Below are positions 53,117-64,000 of a stretch of 64,000 bases of DNA, piece by piece. Position 1 is the stretch's first letter. Every line of letters begins with the position of its first letter. This DNA comes from Balanoglossus misakiensis (lineage: Eukaryota > Animalia > Hemichordata). The DNA lies in the NCBI GenBank assembly GCA_040954595.2, contig CM082594.2, positions 6,395,962 through 6,459,961 on the forward strand, given 5' to 3'. The position numbers were made by a program, and so were the translations under genes. The notes under the pieces are model-generated. The model saw only the letters and a program-made list of their open reading frames with translations. It searched no databases and was not told the DNA's origin.

Positions 53117-55264
53117 TCATGATGAATCTCTCATCATGCGGGCAACAAGACAACTGTATGGTGGTGAAATATTTGGCCAGTTGGGTTTATCGTCGACCCA
53201 CCCTTTCGTCTCAGACTCCAACTTCCACAGTCTATTGTCTATTTCGTCTTCGCCAGTATCTCCACCCAGGCAGTAAAGGTTACCACTGTAGCTGACCACC
53301 TGGCAGTTGCATCTTCCCTCCGGAAGCTCTGGACCGAAGCGCCACTCGTTCTTGGTCGGGCAGTAGATCTCCACCGACTTCAGCGTATTCTCCGGCTGCT
53401 TCTCGCTGAGCAGTGTGACACTGCCGCCCACCACCCAGAGCTCGTGGTTGAAGACGGCGATGCCGGCACTGCACCGCGGCAGGATCAGGTTGGCCGAGTT
53501 GGACCAGATGTCCGTTCTCGGGTTGTAGCACAGGACCGAGTCCAGCACCGTGTCTTCGCTCTCGCCGCCGATGACGTACAACTGACCACCGAAGGCGGTC
53601 ATGCAGTGGGCTTTCACAGCATGGGGCAAGGGGGTGACGTTTCGCCAGGCGTTGGTCTGGGGACTGTAAACTTCTACGCTGGATAGCACACCATCTGGGC
53701 CAACGCCTCCCACCACGTAGATCTGCCCATCAAGTGCTGCCATTCGGAAATAGGTACGTATGGTGGACATAGAAGCACGGGACAGCCACTTTTTCTCAAA
53801 GAGGTCGTACTGATAGAGACCGCTTCCTCTTCTGTGCATCCGGCGAGTGCTGAATTCTAAGTGCTGCTTGCCGGCAGAGTAGATCTGATTTTCGCCCATG
53901 ACTACACACTCCGGGTGCTCGCTCAAGTCTGGCAAGGTTCTCAGCCGATAATTCTCGTTGTTCACGGAAATGTCCGATACATCATTCCTTGTCAGAAATA
54001 TCACCATATCTTTGAACGGCATGCCACGCCTGGTACTGACATTCATGCTTGCCAGAAGCTTAAGGTTTGGACGCCGGTCCTTCAACAGGTGGTATTGTAG
54101 GGCTTCTTCGAACAACTGCTGGCACGGTTTGGAGGAGTAGATGAGACGCTCACGTTCCAAGCAATCGTGAATGAAGTATGGACTTAACAACGCAAATCGC
54201 ACATGCCTCAAGACTTCAAGTAGCTCATCTTTGCGATTATCCATGTCACGCTTCACCCAGTTAATCACCGCTTCATAAACAATCTCCTCTCTCTCCACGT
54301 TTATCTCGTCTCGTGATATCAGGTCGATCAGTTTTTCTTTGCCGAGTGTGAAGAACTCCTCCTCTCGGCAGACGTCGGTGAATTTATCGTAGATCAACTT
54401 TCTGGCAAGGTCTTGCAAGTTGCCGCACTCGTGAGCGGAGGCAAAGAAATATATATTGATGCAATTTCCTAGTGTAACATGGCGTTCCATGTAAGCAGCG
54501 CAGGCATCTCGGACACCGATCAACTGGAACATATTCGAGGCCAGCATCAGACCTTGGACGTTTTCCACGTTGATTTCAAGTTCAGAAGAGTATGCGTACT
54601 GAATGATAAGTCGCATTGCTTCTGAATCCACGCCATTGATGCGGATTCTTTCCTTCTTACTCTCGCGTAGATCATGCGTGAACATCGCCTGGAAGTAGGG
54701 GCTGCAGGCAGCCAGTACTGCTTTGTGGCAGGGGTACTCATCGTTGTCAACTAAGATTTTGACGTCTACCAGGATTTGGTTTTCGTACAGGTTCTTAAGT
54801 CCTTCCAACATGGCAGGCAGATGCTGAACATCCTTAAACTTGTGGACATCCGGGAAGAAGTCGAAAACGTCTGTGGTTTTCTTTGGGTTGGTGGCTGGTT
54901 TTGGTTTGGATGATGATGATACTCCGGACACTACAATAGATGGCGAACTATCAGATCTGTCAGACAGAAAGGAAGACAGGGAAGATGGCAGTGGTCTGTC
55001 ACGCAGCTCACGTGAATCCCTCGAGGCTGAATCGCGTGACTCGCGTAGATCCCGGTCGGACCTGGACAGATCCATCTGACGAGCTCCCCATGCCGCGTAG
55101 GCATTGCCACCGCTTGCCTCGTCAGCCTCTCCGTAATCATGCATGAAGTTGTAGTTGAGTGGCTTTGTAAGTGACTTCCTCTTCAGCTTTGGACTTTGCG
55201 AAGCAGCCAAGAGCTCCTGCAGCTCTGCTCTGTCTCGTTCCACTTGGGACCTTCTCTTGTGCAT
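53117..55264 (-). CDS. BTB-BACK-Kelch protein (KLHL/KBTBD family, putative CUL3 substrate adaptor); single coding exon, 715 aa from the first in-frame ATG
   Basis: BTB motif YPCHKAVLAACSPYFQAMFT; BACK motifs NCINIYFFA, EEIVYEAVINWV, VRFALL; Kelch repeats YVVGG...VEVYSPQTNAW, YVIGG...YNPRTDIW, WVVGG...VEIYCPTKNEW, YCLGG. The frame is open upstream to 55444 but has no ATG there. Orthology not assigned; it broadly resembles KBTBD8/KLHL24-type proteins. Confidence 0.95.
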   Translation of the reverse strand: MHKRRSQVERDRAELQELLAASQSPKLKRKSLTKPLNYNFMHDYGEADEASGGNAYAAWGARQMDLSRSDRDLRESRDSASRDSRELRDRPLPSSLSSFLSDRSDSSPSIVVSGVSSSSKPKPATNPKKTTDVFDFFPDVHKFKDVQHLPAMLEGLKNLYENQILVDVKILVDNDEYPCHKAVLAACSPYFQAMFTHDLRESKKERIRINGVDSEAMRLIIQYAYSSELEINVENVQGLMLASNMFQLIGVRDACAAYMERHVTLGNCINIYFFASAHECGNLQDLARKLIYDKFTDVCREEEFFTLGKEKLIDLISRDEINVEREEIVYEAVINWVKRDMDNRKDELLEVLRHVRFALLSPYFIHDCLERERLIYSSKPCQQLFEEALQYHLLKDRRPNLKLLASMNVSTRRGMPFKDMVIFLTRNDVSDISVNNENYRLRTLPDLSEHPECVVMGENQIYSAGKQHLEFSTRRMHRRGSGLYQYDLFEKKWLSRASMSTIRTYFRMAALDGQIYVVGGVGPDGVLSSVEVYSPQTNAWRNVTPLPHAVKAHCMTAFGGQLYVIGGESEDTVLDSVLCYNPRTDIWSNSANLILPRCSAGIAVFNHELWVVGGSVTLLSEKQPENTLKSVEIYCPTKNEWRFGPELPEGRCNCQVVSYSGNLYCLGGDTGEDEIDNRLWKLESETKGWVDDKPNWPNISPPYSCLVARMMRDSS

Positions 55265-55479
55265 CTTGGGACTTGGTGGTGGTGGTTGGCCTTCTGGCGG
55301 CTGGTCATCGCCGTCGCCACCAGAGCCACCTAGTAGTCTCCTTACCGACCGAATTTTGACAGTTGGGAGAGCAAAAGCCAAGTGAAGAGGTTGGTAACGG
55401 GGGTAGTGCTTCACTTGGGCTCGTGGCTTATTAATCTTGGTCACTTAACATCCACTGGTATGCCACACTTACTGCAAAC
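55265..55479 (-). other. 5' part of the Kelch gene main exon (UTR or non-AUG extension)
   Basis: Minus-strand acceptor cttgttctttctctctttcag|G, exon starting at 55479. Confidence 0.8.
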
Positions 55480-58400
55480 CTGAAAGAGAGAAAGAACAAG
55501 ATTGTGAGTTTTATGACACTTGAAGGCATGGCATACCATGTCGAATCTGCCAGATAGAGTACTTTAAACCCTTTGACCACCATGGTTTGTGCCATTAACC
55601 CATAGTTCTCAATGGCAATGCTGGACCTCTGTATAGGTAAACGGGGGTGTTAGTTTGGTAGCTCAGCCAAACAGGCAGATGAGATTCTAGGCTACAAAGT
55701 TAGAGGAGTTTCTAGTGAATAATTAACCTATCATGTTGCTCTCAACAATTTCCTGAATACCAAGACTGCGAATATTTATTGGGGGAAAAATTTTACTTAA
55801 TGAAGAAAACATCCTATTCAAATATACCCCGACACCCACTGAATTCACAGATTAGTGACATTACGTCTGACAAAACTCACGGATGGCTGACTGAAATATT
55901 TAAAAGGTCGAGAAATGATATGAACTTTACAATCCTGCAAGTCACTGAGTATGTGATGAAATTTCTCATGGCTGATATGAATCGGTGCTGGTTGATGTTT
56001 GAGATTTCTTTTCAATTTATGCATACTACATGGGCACTTAATTTCCCTATGAAGATTCGGTCAGAAATCACGGCATTAACTTGAGCTCACCATGTACCCT
56101 CCAGTTTCTATTTTAGTAAATCACAAGTATACTAAGGTACATGATAGAAAGCTGTGTTCCGACATTCCACATCTGACATCTAGATTGAGAATGTCCCTTC
56201 TTGACCCCCATGTTTCCAAAAATATAGCACACATTCCAAACTTGTTTATGTAAAAGTAAGTTGATAATGGTTCATTAACATAGTTATGTCTAAATCCTGT
56301 CCTGTGTGTGTGACTTGGCAGCGTGTCTACCAGTAAAGGACATTCACATTGATGTGCCACGTACATCAATTAAACAGGAGATCCATCAACTTTGGAAACC
56401 AAAACATCCATTGTCCGATCATTGCAAGTCTTATAGCTATCAGCTACTTTTTGGGTACATTTGTTCTGCAGATCATTGGAAATTTCTTGTTCTTAGACTC
56501 AACCTCTATATCATGCTGAAATGGCCCATTTCTCAACTTGTCAAAATAGCCTGTTTATGAGTTATTGTTGACCAGTGAATTCAAGTCTGGGCTTAAATTT
56601 AAATTCTAACAATATCAGTGCTGAATTATACACATAATGGCTGTGGTGGTGGAGCGGTTGGTGCACAGAATAAACATCATTCCTAAAATGAATGAAGCTG
56701 TATATAAGGCCAACTATTTGAATTAGGAGCCACTTAGAGGAATTACCAAAATTAAATCATTTAGTGGATGAGATCAAACATCATACACAGGAAAACCTTG
56801 AAAGATATATTTCCAGAGTCACGAAACATCAGTCCTGGTGTTTCTGACAATTACTCTGGAGGAAATCACCTCTGCTGTTTTGCTCATTCTTCAAAGGTCG
56901 TAGAAATGTCACTTTTCACTGCTATTATTTTCACATTGTTATCAGCGGGAGATTCTGTTTCGTGTTCATCGAAAATGTCAACATTTCAAAGTGCGTCATA
57001 AACTACCCAATACAGCTGTGCAAATAATATTGTTTCATAATTTTTTAAAGTGTAGAATGGATTAAAGGGACATATTAGCTGTAAATTTTGGCTTTATTTT
57101 CAGTATTGAGGAAGAGCTTGGTGTACTGTGTATGTGAGTCTTGACTTGGTTTGTTATAATAAAGAGTTGTAATGGCAGGTTTACCATTAACCGATTATGA
57201 TAATTATTTTTTTTATCAAATTTCAACTCATGCTGAATTGGACTGTTATCTGAAAATGTCATTGCTGCCTTTGTAATTCCGTTTTGCGAAATGCCAAACA
57301 TATCATATCAATTCAGCTATACGGTACACTGATTGCAATGCAGTATGTTAATTGGGTTCATTCTTATGTCAGAGATACTGACTTTTAAAATTAGTGGTAC
57401 TTGACCTTAATATACTGGTACTACCGTCACTAAAACACCATTATATGTATTCTGATATTTTAATATCAATTGATCAGTGGCTAGGACTATACTGCATGTA
57501 TTAAACTCAAACACTGCCAATATTGTTTGCCTAAAGCCTGAGTTCCAATAATTCCATTTTTATCAGGCAAAAGTGCTTCTTAATCGTGGCACAAGCAGCA
57601 GTGTCTGGGATGAATTAATCAGATTTTATAGATGATATTTATTGAACAATTACCCAAATAATAAACTGCAAGGCTGTGTTGACGTACACAGGAAATACTG
57701 ACGAGTACACTCAGAAATGACAAAAATGTCATCTGAGTTCTCAAGGGAAGAGATCTTCAACCCACGTGAAGAACCAGTACAAAAGAATAAGAATAAAAAA
57801 CAATCTCAAAATGATAACACCAAGAACTAAATGGCATTTACCATCATGCAAGCTTGCGGGTAAATTTTGCTAAAAAGTCTTGAAAATAGGTGCCATTGGG
57901 TGTTTTTTTTGTGTGGTCACATGACTGTCATATACAGATTCATTTTCTGATGTCAACATGACTGTTGAGCATCAAATCTACATGGCCTTGGAAGCTTTTC
58001 CTGATTCCATTTTCTGACACAGTACTGATATTTTCCACCACCCACGCGATCGTGACGACTGGGTATCTCATTCTGATGAATTAGTCACATCTGTGTGTAA
58101 CTGTTTATATCACTGTCTCCAACTGACAAGTAAATTTTGTTGACATCACACTTCCAGACAAAAGTATGTAACTCTGCCAAAGCCATCATTCATCATGTGT
58201 ACACACACAGTATTTTGAATGACTCTCCTTGTGAGAAGAGCATACTGGCATATGTGACAATACTTGAATATTGGCATGTATTTAGTATATGAAAAATGAA
58301 GTTATGAAATCTCTGATAACATGGCATTTAATTCCCTATATATGATAAAAACACCTATCCATCAATGCCTGCACAATCAGTTCCTTATTTTTCACAAAAT

Positions 58401-59472
58401 ATAAACCCCAAGCTTTAGCATATAACAGACACAGATTGATAAATAGACATCTTACATTCACTGTTGACCATAGAAGATCAGATGACAATAAAAATCTGCA
58501 TAATATCATACGAATTGAGGAAGTGATCAAAACCAAAGGTTCAATAATTAATATGCTATACAAATACGAAAACTTGGTTACTAATTTTAAATGTAATTGT
58601 TCTTAAAACTGTTGTACCCAAAATACCGGTAAAACATGTAATTCTCCTAATTTACTGAAAACAAAAATGGCCGCTTTGATCACTGATTTCGCTAGGTATT
58701 AAAATATAATCATTTTCAAATGATGTGTTCTGTCAATAAAGTGCCAGCTACAGCATGGCTGCCCAGTCTCCATGACTTTCAAACTTGCATCCTGTGGGGT
58801 GCGAGTTTTATAATTATATACTGGTAAACAGCCAGAATGCTGTGCTGCCCAACAGGAGGGAGATGATCATTTAAAATGATTGGACCAATGCAGGAGGGCA
58901 ATTAAGCCATTTCCTACTGCAAGAGCTTCAGTGTGTTCAAACTGTTATAATTTTTATTATACGTGTCAAATCTTGCTTGACAACATCATTATACATACAG
59001 GTATACATTGTAGTGACGTATATTAATTACTGCAGGGGTTTTGCAATTCTAACTCTACAAACCTTGACCCTGAACTGATGCCTGGGGTTACAAGTGTGAT
59101 ATTGTACAGTTTGGAAATCCTCGAAACTGAACTCAACTCTGGGGTCAGGCATGTTCATGAAATGCAACAATGGCTGAAAATGTAGTAGACGGAAGAAGTT
59201 CCTGATCTGGAAAACCAGTCCATACTAGGTTAGTCTGGACTGGACTGTACACTCTCTGCATGTTGCTATGCAAATCAAATGCCACCCAGTAATCTTTTTG
59301 TGAATGCACTCCATAATGACAATGAATTGTGTTCTGAAATCATCAACCCTCCACTACGTCCATGTCCGTGAGTGCATGAATATTTGGCTGTTAGAGTTAC
59401 TACTGGTAGATGTGGTGTTGCAGTTTACACAACACTTTTGGTCAAGTTTCCCATTTCAGGTAAGTTGGTTTG

Positions 59473-59579
59473 TGAATGAATGAATGAATGAATGAATGAA
59501 TGAATGAATGAATGAATGAATGAATGAATGAATGAATGAATGAATGAATGAATGAATGAATGAATGAATGAATGAATGA
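59473..59579. repeat. (TGAA)n microsatellite, about 26 copies
   Basis: Perfect tetranucleotide run; explains the HSFI-repeat ORF at 59425-59622. Confidence 0.98.
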
Positions 59580-61865
59580 CACAATCAAGCCAGTGAACTG
59601 TAATGTCATGAGCGGCAAACATAAATTGTTTACATAAAAGAGAACTTCAAGCGAGTTTTATATGCTGATAACAATAACCCAGACGAGTGATTTGTTTACA
59701 AACTGTTTTCCAAGCAGTCAATCTGTCTATTCTTCAAAATCATAATTGCATTTACCAGTAACTTTTGTTCTTTGTTTATAGTACGTCATACACTAATGTT
59801 TGGCAGAAATTATCAAATGAAACGCTGTCCCCCTCGTGAAGGCCTCCCCATTCTTATGAAATGTTATACATATCAGATGACAGATTCTTTCCCATCAAGA
59901 TAGCTCGCTCCTTACTGGGACATAAACCACAGACAAAACTTTTGGAAACAGCTCTGACCTTCCTTCTGTGCTAAAAATACCATGCATACACATGGACATT
60001 TCTTTGAAAACTGTTTTTGGGATAATCCTAGCATTTGATGTTTTTTTCCCGTCAAAGTAAAGCATGGTTCGTGTCATAGACCAAAAGACGCATCTAATCT
60101 GACTGTGACATTCCAAGTGAGTGAGTAGAGTCTACATTCCTCCGTTTCCCATTTGGCCTGCAGTATAAATTTACTCCGTTCTATCTATAACTGCCTCAGC
60201 TTCACTGACACTGGGGTTCACTGCAAGGCAGTTTCTGACAGCTCATTAAAAACTCAAACTCGGCTAGCTACTTGTGAATTTTAGGATCAATTCATTCTAT
60301 GACACAATGGTCAGCTCTGCAGTCCACATGACCAGTTTGACCATGGTCTGCGAACAACCCAAGGTTATTTCTTTCTCAACCATAAATCATAAATTACTAG
60401 AATTCCTTAATTTATTGCATATGGAATGTTTTTGTTTACATTTATATATAAACCATGAGAGGAACAGTAGCTGTAAAATGCTTTTATAGCACATGAAGAT
60501 CTGTATACCAGTATAGTGGTCACTTGTCATATTCCTCTAAAACATTAATTTATAGGGGAGTTCCACCTTTAACAGTTACAAGATATACAGTCACCCTAAT
60601 TGTTAACAATAACATTGTTTGTATTACAAGACAATCACATCAATATTGTGTTATTTTGGTATATTGCCATATGTGCTATTTTGGTGTGTTGCTAAATAAA
60701 CAGCGTCATAAACATTTTATTATGTTGTTACCAATGTGGTAATTATCATACTTAGAATAATTGCATAGAATAATAAACATAAGGTTCCCCACTGGCATGT
60801 TTTTACCAATCTTTCCTGGACCCAATAGCAGGAACATAGATACACAGAATGCCAAAAACCATGCTAAACCAAACAACTAACAAAATAATGGTGTATAATG
60901 TAGAAATGTCCTCGTTTTCAACAGCTACGTCATTCAATATTCAGGGTTGTACGGTACATATTTATAAATCATGCTAGACGGTTACAAGCATCCTGTCCGT
61001 TTGTCCTCTATTTTGGCACTTTCTAGGCCGTCACTATGGAGAAGTTGCCAATTGCAGCCATGGTGAATTCCACGCAGGGAAAACACTTCAAATATGGCCA
61101 ATGGACATTCTTGGCCAATAACAGCATGAAGAACACCAATCATATAAACAAATAGCTTGAAAGAGCTGCACAACATATCCATGGGATTTGTGTGAGCTGG
61201 TTTTGATGTGCTTTGCTAGCATTCATTTTATAAATGTGACAAAATTCACACTCAGAGATTTCTTTTTGTTGACGAATTGAATGTTCAGATCATGAGTCAT
61301 TGCATTGTGTCCTAAACTAACATGAGTACAACACAATTAATCTATGACATACTTGCTTATCAGTTGAAAGACTGATGTTATAGAAATCAGTTATTGAAAA
61401 GCAAAAATTACATCTTTCACTATACAAAGTCTATATCTGACACTTATGCACTGACAACCAATGGTTAGAGACAATTATCAGCTATTTATTGGAAAAAAAT
61501 TAATGTATTTTGGTGGTAACAAAATGATCATCAGTTTCAAGTTTCCATTCTAATTTTACAACTTGTCAGACATGATATGTAGGGATAGTTATGTACGACC
61601 AGTTCAGGCCAGTTGAGTGATCGCACTCTGGTTGCAATATATTCACCCCATCCCAGTTCAACCTGGGAGCGCTTGTTTGTTGGGAAAAGAGAACTACTTC
61701 ATCAAAGCAAATAAACAAGCAACAAGAAGGGACCCCAAAAGAACCAGGAAATTTGGGGGGGGGGGGGGGGGGAGGGGTATACATCTATTTGGACTCCAAA
61801 AGAACCAGGGCATTGAGGGGGAAGACATACAACTTCTGGTTTGTAAGAAAATGTAAGTTACTTAC

Positions 61866-62035
61866 CAGTGATGAATTAAGCTTTTCAGTCTGGTGATTGG
61901 TACTATTTTGTTGTGTGTATGGATGACCTTACGCAAACCACTGCTGTGACAAAAAGTTTTCCCGTTCAAGTGGTGCTTAGTCTCGCTCCAGTGTAATGGA
62001 ACTGATACAGTTTAACTGGGCTGTTCAGCATCTGC
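61866..62035 (-). other. Candidate 170-nt 5'UTR exon of the Kelch gene
   Basis: Minus-strand acceptor tcttcttatatctttttatactgcag|G at 62035 and donor CTG|GTAAGT at 61866/61865. Confidence 0.65.
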
Positions 62036-64000
62036 CTGCAGTATAAAAAGATATAAGAAGACAATTAAAACTGGAAGAGACGGCATAGGATGTGAGGAAC
62101 TAAAGAAGAATGTCCTTCCACAGATGTACAAAGTTAATTATACCCCTTAAAATGTGTCCAGTGGTTTGTTGTGCTGTTAGCCTCAAAGAAAAGACTCACT
62201 TCTGTAAAACCTGCGCAGTCTGACTAAGAACTGTCAGCTTGTGGCGTAGTTCTCACATCGCTCAGCAGAGACTAATACATTGGAATTCAGCCAACAGGCA
62301 TAGCTCCAACTAACGATAAAAACATCTTAGTTCACGGTAGGGACTGTTGGACTATTAAACAAGGACCCGTAAGTGTCTCACAGGTTCAAATTTTTCTGCA
62401 TAGAAAACAAATTAGTTCTGACTACTCTTAAATTCACGTGGCTGCTATCCTTGTACATGAATCAAGCACCAGAATGCAATTATGTACTGTGGAATTTCAA
62501 GTCTGGTTTTGATAGGGGCCTTTGAGTCAATCTATTGAACTTTTCAAATTTGCTTCCAAATGATTAACATAGTTGGACTTTTAGCAAGTACTGAAGTAAG
62601 CTACACTTTCCCTTTACCACAAGTTAAACTGAAATCAAATCAAATAGTCAAGACTAACCTAATGCCGTCATCAGCATGTCCTTCTTGTCACAGCACACGG
62701 TTTGCAGTTGGTATTGGTGGCAACTCTCTAAAAGGTCAAGAGACAGACACAAAATCATAGGCTTAAAATCCAGGCTGTACATGCATATATGTATTCCTCA
62801 GGACTGTAGTATTTAGCCTCCTAAAGACTCCGAAAATGACCGCGAGGCCCAATGGAAAAGCGGACAAATCATAAAAGAAAATCCTCACTGACCTGATGGC
62901 TGGCTGGCTGTAAAAGTTCCCTCTCACTGGTGCACAAAGCCTGGGTCCCCTCGCCATAGATGGTGCTGTAGAAATATGACACCACTACCATATCTCTGAC
63001 GTCAGGTTGCTTGAAAGGTCCAGGGGCTATGTGGAGGGTTGTAAAGAAAGAATATGCAGACAGTCGCAGTCATTCAAAAAAAGAACCGGGGCAATCATCT
63101 TGCATATTTTCACGTCTGCATCCTTAGAAGACCGGTCATGTAATTACCACATAAACAATTCCAAAGGGATGTTCACTTGACTAAATGAAGTAGTATTGCT
63201 GTACTTGCAAAATTTCATAATACTATTAGTGAATATAAAAGAATGTCAGAAGTACAAATACATAAAGCTGATAACAGTGTAAGAAACAAACTAAAAACTT
63301 TTAGAGGAAAAAATACTATTAAACGGTGTATAAATTTTGACGATAAATACAGAATGTGGAGATGAACATTTTTCATACTTCCATAATGAACTTTTTGGTG
63401 TATATTGTATATTATAGAACTCTTAATTTCTATACCATTAAAGGGATACACTCACCTCTAATTTACATAAGTCCACATATGGTTAAAAGGGTGTGTCTCA
63501 ATCTTCTTGTGACTATGTGGTGGTACAATTTTTTGTGTGACCACTCAATGTGAAAATATGTTGCTGCCTTGACCTCAACTTTCCACGGTAACTCTGGCTA
63601 AATTTTGCATATAGGTGACCATACACCTTTAGTGAAAGGTGTATCTATAAAAATGTCTTGGCGCTCAATATTCATGATTGATTGTTTTCCCAAGAATGGG
63701 TGGCAACACTATCTTGGGTTTCGGGTGTAGAAGTGGCGTAGAAGAAGAATATATTTTTTGAACGAAAAGCATGTGTTTGGAAATTGAAAGCCTCATCCGA
63801 CGAAAAAGAGCAATCAAGAACCCCAGAAGTTGTCACTTTCACTAATACATGTACATTCAAAACTTATCTGGCTATGAAATAGGTATACACAAAAGTTTTA
63901 ATACACAAAAGTATTCAGCAAACAAAGTGATAAACGGGTGCTACACCCGTTTATTTTAATCCCCATTTGCAAGAGTACATATGCGCATAATTATGAGAAT

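Noticed and set aside
53280-55385. Antisense and alternate-frame ORFs over the Kelch CDS
   Set aside because: Shadow ORFs expected from GC-rich codon usage.
55442-55444. ORF-track start of the 775-aa Kelch protein
   Set aside because: It is a GTG directly after an in-frame TAA, called by prokaryote-style rules; not accepted as the start without evidence.
59425-59622. HSFI-repeat protein ORF, or a CRISPR-like array
   Set aside because: Plain (TGAA)n microsatellite with no spacers.
61730-61825. Duplicated CCAAAAGAACCAGG flanking a G-run, read as a target-site duplication
   Set aside because: Better explained as a degenerate local tandem duplication of about 60 bp with homopolymer expansion.

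Overview
Eukaryotic, AT-rich, intron-rich animal genomic DNA. A marine invertebrate deuterostome is my inference from the protein similarity and repeat style. Almost all ORFs in the supplied track are spurious. Two genes are supported. (1) A plus-strand poly(rC)-binding protein gene (PCBP/hnRNP E/mub family, three KH domains). I reconstructed it by hand from 12 shared GT-AG coding exons (31814-42825) with consistent phases, preceded by about 20 kb or more of 5' introns and candidate non-coding exons. (2) A convergent minus-strand BTB-BACK-Kelch gene (KLHL/KBTBD family) whose whole CDS lies in one exon (53117 to about 55264-55444). The most notable observation is that the PCBP gene has two alternative last exons. 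The proximal one (44445-44709) encodes a long PCBP4-like tail ending KFTPY (PY-NLS-like). The distal one (46200-46236), missed by the ORF track, encodes RIRSEVSVLGAI, which matches the short PCBP2/PCBP3-type tail. C-rich splice-acceptor tracts around this choice suggest autoregulation. Also present: a complete PIF/Harbinger-type MITE, a possible non-AUG N-terminal extension of the Kelch protein, uORFs, many RFX X-box and nuclear-receptor DR1 motifs, and a CTCF-like site between the two 3' ends. No prokaryotic systems, CRISPR arrays, rRNA or tRNA genes were seen. Comparisons with vertebrate proteins are from memory and need alignment to confirm.
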